Assembly: GCA_977030845.1 (NCBI GenBank)
Contig: OZ365114.1
Span: forward strand, 21,514,001 to 21,578,000
DNA length: 64,000 nucleotides
Direction of reading: 5' to 3'
From: Fimbriosthenelais zetlandica
Taxonomy: Eukaryota
The notes below the pieces were generated by a model that had not been told where the DNA came from, searched no databases, and was given only the letters and a program-made list of their open reading frames with translations. Position numbers and translations under genes: made by a program. How positions within the stretch are numbered: the first letter of the stretch is position 1; each line of letters opens with the position of its first letter. This document shows, in pieces, positions 50,681 to 61,700 of this stretch.

Positions 50681-52635
50681 CTTAACCCTTCATATAACCC
50701 TCAACCTTGAACAGGGACTTAAATCTTGACATTTAATTACCTTCAGCATCTTTAATTTTAAACAAGTGTCAGGAAGATATATATTTAGTAACATATTTTG
50801 TTTTACATAAATTCTGTTCAAACTCTGCATACCACGATTTTGCATGTGGTTAGTTTGTTGGTTTTAACGCGTCAGGTGATGATTTCGTGTAATGAGCTTG
50901 GGGAATTTGGTGTGAAGAGACACAGATTGAAGTCTGACAACTACTAATTACTAAACAGCGGGGATCCACGGTGGATCAGCCGGTCCCTCCACATCTCCAC
51001 ACCCCACCTCCCTCCCATCATTACCCTGGTTACAAGCCCTCTGTTCCATCTCATTCATCCCAATTATCAGAATCAAATTATGAGATAGGTCCGATACCCC
51101 CCACATAGAGCCACTGAGATTTTAAATTATTTCTTACCAAGAGTTACTGAACTTAAAAGAATATTAGTTTGATAGCCTACATCAAATGACACATACACAA
51201 TATAGGACATTGCAAGTCTCTGTAAAGGTTCCTTAATTAGGAACGTTCAAATTTGCTAAGGTCGAGAAAAGTTCCAGCATTTAATTGAGAAAAGGGTTTA
51301 GAATTGACATCAAGATACAATGTCATGTATCTTGAAAACACTTCATGTGTATTGAAAACAATTCAGCAGCATGACACAAGATGGCAGAAAGGTATCCCTA
51401 TGCCTGTGCTTCCACCTAGTGCCTGATTCTTGAAGCAATTTCCAGCAACTACTTGCAAGCAAGTGAGAAGCTCAAATGCTTAGCTGCATGATTTAACAGA
51501 AAATTTTACTAATTTCGTAGACAATACAGCTTCTGTTAGTCTCTGACACAAGAAATCCGATACAAGCTTAAGTGAATTAAAGGATAAATAGAGTAATCTC
51601 TAATGTAAGTCAGGTAACGGAGTGACTGGGAACTTAAGATGCTCAGTTCACCCGCTCGACACTAGAGAGCACCACATTCACGTTTCAGTTCAATTATTTG
51701 ACACAGGTGGCGCCACCATCGCACCAGCAAGCCATAAGGACAGCCTGAGGGAAAAATGAAACGCATGAGTTGCATTTATGAAGTCGCTGGTTTAAAGGGA
51801 GAATCAATACGAATATAATCTTTCGAATGGATGGGTAAGCTTAACAAGTAGGGACGTAGAGAGCAAAGGGTATAGCAAAATGGTCAGAAATGCCCAATAA
51901 AGCAATGTGAAGATGGCCAAGTAAAATCAGACTTACGATAAAGTGAACATTGCACCAGATTATTCCCATTTTATCCACACTAGATCCCAAGGTAGACATC
52001 AGGCCTTAATTTGGGGTATAATTAATAATCCATTTAGAGTCGATGTATTTGTGAAAATAGCCAATTTTCTAATCCCCACAAGTTGGTTCCATCGTGGATC
52101 CACTCACACTGTTGATGGAATTACAACATGATTCTTTGCTGTCGAAGCAAAAACATGGTACCGACCCTACTTATGGTACAACTCAGACATGAGTCCAATT
52201 GTAAAATATAGGAAATATCGTCAACAGATAATTCCTGTGCTCTACATTTTTTCAAGGACATGTACGAGTATTTCACAAACTGGAAATGCATGTAAATGCG
52301 CCTTCCACCAATAGAACCAACAGTACAGTGGGAGGTATGCCACTAGAGAGACAAGAGACGAGAGAACAGAGCAGAACATTGAATAGCATAATACCATGTT
52401 TTCTGGTTTGTTTGCAGCGCTCTCAGCGTTTGTTTTGTGAGTGAAACTATCTTATTACGCCAGCTTTTATTCCGACTAGAAAGGCTACTATGGACGGCAT
52501 TGTGTCGAGGCTGGAGGGCCGAGCCACGAGCCTGGCAATGAGTGAATGAGCTCGCACCGTGAAGCTATAGGGACATGGACAAAAGGGGAGGAGGTACCGA
52601 TTGTTGTAGTCTCTGCGGCCAAGTGATCTCCAGAA

Positions 52636-53060
52636 TTGGAGCCCACTGAGTCCCCAATGCCAGCACTTGGAGCCGCTATTGTTGGCGCTAAGATCCGTAC
52701 GCCTCTTTGCCAAGCCGTCTTTTTAGCCTTGGTCAATGGCTACAGAATGGGCTTTCATTTAGGGGCCAATGGTTTCTGCTTGTGGCCCATAAGTCGGGTA
52801 TATCCCTATAGAGCACGGGCATTCAGAGCTTGCCAGCGATTGGAATAAAAGCCCAGCTGACTGGATATATATATGCAGTAGCCAGGCTATAGACTCATGC
52901 AAGAGTCTGCCATAAAATCCACTACAAATATTAATACCTTGGTGAAGGTCGGAACCATTCTTTGACTTCAAAGTTGGCGGAATCTAATGGGTATTAAGTT
53001 GGATCAAGACGGGTGGGCCTTTAACACAGGAATAACAAAAGCATTTCAGTCAAAGGGAAT
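52636..53060 (+). mobile_element. Possible DIRS/Ngaro (tyrosine-recombinase retrotransposon) pol remnant
   Basis: QAVFLALVNGYRMGFHLG resembles the pre-RT motif FLxxGFxxGFxIG; a GGPL..HF..SP-like stretch follows in another frame. Confidence 0.3.
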
Positions 53061-53869
53061 AATCTCCAAGGATAATATCTTCGGGTCAAAAAGCTTTAAG
53101 TTCCTACTCATATTCTTCCTCAAAATTTGCTGGGGTTGACCCACACATTGCGACATCGTTGAGTCACGGAAATAGCACATTTCATTGCGTATGTACTCTA
53201 TTTAAATTGAAACGCCCCAAAATCCTCCCTCTCTATGGCCATACCAGCATAATTCCATCCAGAAACACCAGGCGGCAGCAGGCTCGCGGATTTCAACAGG
53301 GTGCTTCACTCTGCCCCAATCTACCCAGTAAATGGTAGCTATACCATCCACACCAGTCAATCTCTCTCTTTTTCACTTGGACATGGTGTTGTGTTTTGCT
53401 AGACTCCAGTAAAGTATTAATAGTTAAGGGCATCTCCCATCTTTTTCAAATTCTATCGTAGTTAGATACTGTACTTTCTTCACAGATTTGGACATTTATT
53501 TTATATAAATTCTCTCTGATATACAGATCAAGGTTGAATCAAGATGATAGTTTGTAACAGTGACATTTTGTTACCAAAAGGTCCTTGACAATAAGCTATA
53601 GTCAGAGCATTGTACGAAATGTCACATTGTCTATTTGTGTTATATACTGTTAGGAAGTTATCTATAGGAAGCAATAGAGTATTTCCCGCTTGCACCTGTA
53701 GCGCTCTATAGTCCATGCCTATAAGAGAGAGGATCTATAGACATGGATTTGTATTCTAGAAGCGTCCCTGCGCCATAATTTGTCTCCATGTCCCCCATTG
53801 TCACCATGAAAAGGTATAGATTGATTCCGTCCGAAACAGACAGACGTCATTTCTACAGATGATAATGGG

Positions 53870-54400
53870 CCTGCCAGCAGGGCTTGATTCCCGCCTAAGG
53901 AAAGAAGTGAAAAGCGGGAGAGATGGCTGCCTCAGAGCTACTCAATGTAGGCTGCCCGTGACCGCTCCACAGAGCCACTCGCCCCCAAATGAATGAAATT
54001 GCAGCGACAAATCCGAAGTAAAACCTGCCGTATTTTGAGCTAAATGGGCGAACACAAAGCCCCGATTGAGTCCTCACAGAATTTCGTAATAGACTCGCCT
54101 AGCCACCTCGTGACTGAGTGAATGAAAGTATGGATGTGCTGTTACATTGTCTAGAGCGGAAGGATCAGACGAGAGGCGTGCTGAAAAGCGCTGGCTTTTG
54201 TTCGCGCCAAACAATGGTCGCGGACACTGTCGTCTGCTCGCTGCAACTCACCAAGTAAACGTGTTGGCCGCGCATTTTGCTATTTTCCAACAAACACACG
54301 AAACAATTACACCCATATCATATGACAATGCGGGAGAGAAGGGAACCCAAACAATCGGAAAGTGTCTCGGTGACAATCGGAAATGTCTCGGACCACGGTA
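53870..54400. promoter_or_regulatory. Candidate Sox-rich distal enhancer
   Basis: Five same-strand ACAAT cores (54211, 54303, 54325, 54351, 54373), CTTTTGTT at 54195 and ACAAAG at 54054, in a CpG-rich island. Confidence 0.5.
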
Positions 54401-57400
54401 CATCTAAATGAGAGCTGGTGGTAGCTATTCACTGGCGTCATGCAGAAGTAGGGATGACAAACAGGCGCTTCTCTATAGACCGGATATATGGACCGCTCAT
54501 GTCTCTCACAAATAATTTGTCATTCATTGTGTGGGACTATCAAGTTATAAACATTTGCTGCATAAACAAACACGCAAAGAGCGGGAGAAAGTGATAAAAT
54601 ATCACGAATCAATGGTATTAGCTTTCCATTTGGGACTTGTGAAAGCTTCCTTCCCCTTTACACATAAAATGACCCATTGATTGCTTTCTGAGGAAGCCAT
54701 GGGACCTGAATAAAATATTGTGTTTTTCCCAAGATATTAGTGTTGGATGTCCAGGATCCTTAGGTTCAGCAATCTTAATAATAGACATTAGACCATGTCT
54801 TACTATAACTTGAGGAAAAATTAACAGCTTTTAGAATTCGGCACATGTAATCAAATGGCGTAAATATTCGAAATGAAAAGGGGAAGTCATATACATGCAG
54901 AATGTCAAAGGTGAAAAGCTTTAGGAAAAGCTGGGAAACCCTCATAAAAGCCCAATACACTTCGAATAAACAAACAAGAAAAACAAACAATCAGTCAGGG
55001 TATCAGGTCGTGCAGAAGGGAACACATCTCGCCTATTCATGAGCTGGATGAAAGAAGGTGCTAAAGAGGAAGACTAGCAAGGTGGGCAATGACCCCAGAT
55101 GCCCACACAGTGGTCTCCACGGCAATGTATGTCAGAAATGAACTCGATGAGGGCTGAACTCATATAGGCTGAAGTACACATCTTCGAATGCAGACACACT
55201 TTTCCCATGCAGAGGTGCAGAGGAATAAGCAATTGCAACTGATAACACCGAGGGTCATTTATAAGCTATCCGCAGGATTAACAGAGCAGTAAATATTAAC
55301 ACAATGCCAAGGACTAATTGCATTCCAATTTAGGAATAGACAACATACCCATTGCCCATTTGGTGTTGAGGCCTGTACCATGTTCTTGGGCTTATATCTT
55401 CCTCTTCAAGGGCCATTTGGCGCCAGATGAGGCTTGTGTTCATTCTCAACCAAATTTAGCGTCAGGTCCCGATTTAAAGGGACTTCAAATTGATTCTTCT
55501 CCAATGATGACTGACTCTAAGCATTAGCCAACATAGTAGGGGGTCTTAGTGTCGAGAATATGATTTTTATATTCATCTGTCAAAGATGAAAATAGTAGAC
55601 AAACTTGCAATGCACAGGTCGAATTGAAGGCTTCTGCAAGCATTTGGGCATTACGGTGTTATATATACATGTATTCTCTTAAACCATGTACAAAATGAGT
55701 CACATGTACTTGGGAGTAGGTCATAGAGTAAAATTTGACATCAACATAATGATGCCATTGATGCCTTTCTATTTTCACCCCACGTATGGAGCAGCCCTAT
55801 TTCTCACCATGAAGGGCGACTTTTTCTCCGTCACATTGGGCACTGGCCTCACTCCATTAGCTCGGTTATTGTGCTCTTTTGAAAGGAAACTGTTCATGCC
55901 TACTGCTACGACTGCTGGTCGGTGGTGTTGAGCTGAAGGTCTGACCAATGGTCAAGACATGGGAGTATATGGGAGGTCACCACTGACTGAGAAAGTGCAT
56001 GGTGGGGTTGGTATTTCCGATTGGAGTGATTTCGAATGTCTGAAGATTTCGAGAAGGAAAACACAGGAAATACACTATAATATATTATTATATATACAAA
56101 TACATTATAATACGAGAATACATGACAACTAAAAAGAAACTGCAATGCATAAGAATGGTAATGAGCGGTGCTGTTCAGGAGGGGTGGAGGGTAGAAGAGG
56201 AGGGAAGGAGACATCCATGCAAGGAAGAGGAGATGGGAGTATGGAAGAGTCGAAGAAAGAGACTGAGGCGCCTCTGGTGGGCAGTGGAGAAGTTAGAGAA
56301 GCAGCAGCTCCTCCTCGTGGTGAGAGAGGTTGTGATTAGGCCTGCTGGGCCGGCCTAGCTCTCCATTGGTGAGTGCGATGATTTACGAGTGGTAATTACC
56401 CTACCAACAAAGGATGAACCTTAAAGCCAGATGATTTGGACATGGGAATGAACGTCCCTGGCTTTTCTTGCCGTCTCAGTCAAATAGGGCCTTCCCCTAT
56501 CCCCAGTCCCAGCAATATTCAGCCCATGAAAGGCGACTGCTGAATGGACTTCCTCCCCACGTGAAAAACTGGCGAAAATCTATAAGTCAATAAGCGTGTA
56601 CGAGGCCGGTCGCTGGCGACTGGGCTTTACAAAAACCTTCGCCCCTCAAATGACAGTTTATTGCTAAGGGTGACGGGCGAGTGAAAAGCAAAAGTTTGCG
56701 GTCAGTCAGCACGAGCACAGCCTTCCCCTCTGGTCATATTGGTTACTGACCGCTCCCTCCATTCAACGCTCTGGCCAATTCGAGGAGGCGAATTCCAGGA
56801 ACGCGGAAGAAAAGACTCCCCCCTGGAAGCGCGCTCAACCCTGCGTTACTAAGCGCCACTCAGTGGAAGGTATTCAATAGGAGGTCTTTACCACCAATTC
56901 ATCGGGGCCTCCTCTCTCTCCCCCTCTCTCCAGGCTCACTGCCCAAGGCTCCGATTTCTCTCTTCTCGAGACCTAATGGTCAGCCTAAGCGTGGAACGGT
57001 CATTGTTTGGCTGGAACCCATCAGTGGACAGAGAGATGACTAGAAGATGGGTGTTTGCAAGGCTATGTGAAGAAGTGCTCAGCTGACATTTGTTGTTAGG
57101 GAGTGACAGTTGGGGCCAGGGTGAATAGACATGGAGTATACATCACTCTGTGGATGTCGGTGGTCGTATAGATCGTATATGGCCCTACTTCTGTACTAGC
57201 TGTTAAAGAAATATTCCTATGTTTATAGGGAAGATAATTCATGAAATGGAAAGACCGAAAACTAGGCCGTGAAGAGTTCATTGAACTAGACTCGTTCAAA
57301 TCCCCCTTATGAGTATAAGATTATGATGTCCAGTTCATTCCATGTATGATAAAAGGCAATGGGATATGTTAACTGCAAGAGATTACTCAAACCCTCCCCA

Positions 57401-57435
57401 ACCGACCCAAGTTTCTGTTGAGGGAAGAGTAGGCC

Positions 57436-57650
57436 TATCTGCCAGCTACAAGTGGCTACTCCCCTGAAGATACGCACAGGTATCTGCCAGCTACAAGTCA
57501 GGTGTCCCAACAAGATTCCCTGTATGATGCAGTATCAACAAGCTACAAGTGGTAAGCCCCCAAGATCCCATGACATACCCTTCAGCTACAAGTTGTGGGC
57601 CCCCAAAAAGATCCCATGTCGGGCGCAGTATCCGCCATGCTACAAGTGAC
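57436..57650. repeat. Degenerate minisatellite, 5 cores GCTACAAGT, with alternating spacing
   Basis: Cores at 57445, 57490, 57542, 57585 and 57639 (spacings 45, 52, 43, 54), with shared tatc.gcca and cccc.aagat.cc segments. Confidence 0.9.
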
Positions 57651-59739
57651 TATGTCCCTTCACTGTTTCCCTGGTACTAAGCCACATATCCCTAAACTAC
57701 TCAGACATCCATGCCTGCACACCATGAATGTAGCACCTCAACAGGCTTGTTATCACAGCTCTCTCATACACTGATCAGGGCTTCATTAATCAGTGATCCT
57801 GCCTATTACCACTGTTACATACCACAGTAAGAACCAAATACTTAAGTGGCAGTAATTCTACCAGGATTCTCTAAGGATCTTGGTAGAAGCCTTGAACCCA
57901 TCCGAGTCATAAGACTATCAACCACTAAATGATGATCTTTGAATTATATATTTATTTAGCTCATGTGAAGAAGCTATGGTTAAACTAACTTTATGCCACA
58001 TGATCTGTCCCCTTGGGGAGCCTATAATTGAAGGTGTAACCCCAAGGAAGCCCACGCTTTTGTTGGTCTTGCATGATAGTGAGTTCATGATGTCATGTAG
58101 ATTTATTGGCCCTTCATTCATACAAGATATAAAAGCTTTCTTGTGAATGAAGACATGCTAAGTGATTTCATAATCTAAGTACACGTATACATGTATAATA
58201 ACCTTATATAGAGAAGATTCGGCTAAGATTAATGGTTTGGGGAATCCAAGTCCTCACCTACACAATCAGTCAATTTTATAGATCTATTCAATAAAATGAT
58301 TTGTTTTAAGATGAAAAAACGAATGTCTCATGTAATGAAAAGCGAAAGTAATATATGGGGACATTTGTAGGCAGTTTGCCATTTCAAAAGGGCCATTCAA
58401 AACTTGATTTGCAGAAACTACTCAGGTATCTCCTAAACTTTTTATCCTTATAATCTCCGCATGGCAAATGTGTATGAAATTTCTCAAGAAGAAAAGCCTA
58501 AAAAATTGGTATCTTTAAAAGGGCCCCCTTATCCATGAATAACCATTTATAACTACCGACCCATCGCCGGCTAGTGTTACATTCAGGGGTCACAACACTG
58601 TCTCCCGTGTCATCTTCTTATGAGCCATAATCGGGGGGCTGTGGGGAGTGTAGGGAGGTGGTTTGTTGTATTGCTACCTGGCGGTTGGGCGTCTATATAC
58701 CTGATACTTTGCCTTTGATGGGAGTTTGACGAGGGGGCCATTCTCCAGGGCTGACCCCGCCTTTTGTACCTTGGAGGACCCGGCAATAAGGTACACTTCA
58801 CATTTCACAAAACACACAATAAGATGCCCTCCTCATACGCACGCACCACCTCCACAGTCACGCACATTGAGCTCCTAGAGAAACAGGCTTAACACAAACC
58901 ATGGACAGTTTCTCTAACAATATAGAGATCAATCCCATAATACAAGATTACCATCTCTCATGTCATGTATATGACAACAGGCATTTTAACATTGATCATA
59001 TCTCCAATAAATACCGATACTATTCCGATAAATACCAGTAGTGATTCCAGATGGGACTTAAATCGACCAGTATAATCTGATTGAAAGTTTTGACCTTTCT
59101 TCTTCTCCATTACTGGTTGTAGAAAATGAAATATGTTTCAGTCAAAGAGCTTGATTTAACAAAAGCATCCCCAGAGGGCATATATATGTGCCTTTGAATT
59201 GAAGGGACCATGCACATCTCTAGACTTAAGTGGATCATTTGGCAGAAATTCTGTGATATACACTCGGGGCATTTAGAGGGGTGTCAAATAGTCGTGAGGC
59301 TTTTGTGCAGGTGTCATTTCTTTGACTGGGTGTGTGCACACGCATCGCTTGGCCCCATACCTTTTATTTTCTCACTCTCCAAGTTTGCATACCCTTTCCT
59401 GAAATGTACCCTGCCTATCAGTTCTCCTTCATGAATTGCTAAAAAGATCCGCACATATCTATCCTGTGATGTACCTGAGTACTTTGTCAAATAAACTGTT
59501 TAAAATATTCCCTTGGGAACAAATTGAATGAAAGATGAAATCTTTCAGTAGGGTTATTTTTCTCCCAATGATAATGTTCCTAGAGGAAGATAGAATCCAC
59601 AGCATCCTGCTGTAATATTTTCTTGAATATTTAATTCAATATTTTTCACACTGGAAAGCAAACCTTCGATCCAGTGATTGAACTAATTCACATAAAGGAT
59701 GAACTATCAATTAAACATCAGACATGGACAGATTCCTCC

Positions 59740-59930
59740 CACCCAAACCAACCAGACCCATCGCTCTCCTCGCCCCACACCCACCCTCGTATAGTAAACA
59801 TGTCAGTATAATGGCGAGCAGAGAATTAATGTTTGATTTTGGCCGCCTCCCACCACCGGCGAACAATGGGAGTTTTTCACTGGTACAACGGATCACCGAC
59901 CACCATAGATCGTCACCATGTCTGTCCCAT
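59740..59930 (+). mobile_element. Decayed LINE RT N-terminal remnant
   Basis: ORF-track TRPIALLAPHPPSYSKH...LPPPANNGSF resembles YRPIALL..xSK...LLxxxQxGF. Confidence 0.4.
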
Positions 59931-60949
59931 TATCTTCTCTCTCTCATTCTCTATCTCCTTCACCATTAGCCTGGAAGGCATGCTTCGTCTATACACATGG
60001 CCCTTTTGAAACAGCAGATTAGACCTTCTCCCTTTCTATGTACCCACTTTACACTTCCTTCCCCTAATTTCTCCATCGGTTTCTTCTCATAATAATTGCC
60101 AATCCAGAAATTTTAGGACTCTGCGTTCTAGGTAAACCAGTAAAGAAATGAATTTTCTTAAATTCTGACAGTATAAGGTCAATGGATAAGATATAATTAT
60201 TTGACATATTGCCGGTTTGAATTTCTCAGCAGTTGTCGATATTTCATTTGCTAACATTGGGTATTTAATTGCATCTCACTGTTATATACCTCTCTAAAGA
60301 TATCCTAGAACACACGAAGGTACAGATTATGAGAATTTCCTTCATGAAATCATCAATTTGTATTATTTCTCTATTCATATTAACAGAGATTGCTATAATA
60401 AGACACGTCAATGAGGGTGTTCTGGTGCCAACCTCCAGAGAGGGATAGGTTGCTAGGGACAGACCATGCATTCATTACTCTTCTCAGAAGCCTTTCTACT
60501 GAGATCAATGCCTTCTTGTCTGTATTGATGGTGAATGAGATATCTCCTTATCTATAAGGCGAGGAAGGCTGGCTGAAGGTCACAAAAAGCCTTGAGATCT
60601 CTATAGGTGAATGGGACGAAAAAAATCACATATAGACATGGAAATAGCAAATCCCAGTAATGGGGAGTATGGTATATTAATATCATACTGTGATATGTCA
60701 TGGTATATCCAGAAAAATAGATCAGTGGCAGTGCATTTAGGCTTGTTTTTTAAAGTCAATAATTTTAAAATGCTTGTCAAATATTGTCACCTCATTTCAC
60801 TGCGTGTTTTTGGATGAATCATGGAGGCCATCATTATATTAATCATTGAAAAGCATGCACTGGAGCCTGTATCATGATTTATCTCCAAAATATTTTAATG
60901 TACATGCATTATTAGTATGCCAATACCTCCCCCACCTTCTAAGAAGTCC

Positions 60950-61700
60950 ACCCCTCCCCCATTATAGACTTCCTAATTATAAGGATCCATCTGAGGCATG
61001 GGGGTGTATACCTTGTATAGTAGCAGGGCATCATCATCATCAAGGCCTGGCTGGGAGGGGTGAGACTCTGACTAGAGAATGGGTAGTTGTATATATACAT
61101 GTACATAGGAGCTGGAGCCAGCTGGAGGAGGACTTTGTCCGTGTCAACATTGTAACGCTCCAGCGCTTGGCTATAGAAACTAGTCACAATACAACACAAA
61201 GGCGGGCTCACAGGCTCCATTCAACACCACGGGCAATAAACGCCGACCGCTCTCAAAAGATTCCCATTGACACTATACAATCCATTATCATTTGGGTGAA
61301 TCCATCCTCTCTCTCTTCTCTCTTTTCTCTCTCCCCACAGACTTCAGAACATAGCTCAACTGGATCAGGGCCACCGTCTTGCACACCCTGTCCATAAATA
61401 TATAACACCAAAGAAACTGGAGAAGAATCAGGAGAAAAGAAAAGGGAGAAGAGAAAGATGCTTGGAAGGCAGTGGAGAGAAGACACCTTCTTCTTTTTCT
61501 TCTTTCGCCCGGACCAAAGCGCCTGGTATTTTTAGAAGGCATAGACAAGGTGCCAAGGTTTCCCCCTTGCACCATCTCAATGGAAGGCATGGAGTGCAAT
61601 CATTATTTATGGCAGCTGTGTATGACAGAAACATATGCCTGACTTTGTGAAACGCAAAGGGGGGAGGGGTGGTGTTTTCTTCTCTAAGCCTTGCTTTTAA
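60950..61700 (-). mobile_element. Decayed L2-like RT remnant
   Basis: Collinear ORF-track peptides: WCKGETLAPCLCLLKIPG (cf. WKxAxVxPLLKKPG), QMIMDCIVSMGIF (cf. QLxxxLxxNxLF) and SQALERYNVDTDKVLLQL (cf. SKAFDxVDHxxLLxKL). Confidence 0.5.

Noticed and set aside
57436-57650. CRISPR-like appearance of repeated cores with linkers
   Set aside because: The core is only about 9-18 bp, the linkers are mutually homologous, there are no cas genes, and the context is eukaryotic.
60846-61397. 183-aa plus-strand ORF
   Set aside because: No recognisable domain; it is the antisense frame of an L2-like RT remnant.
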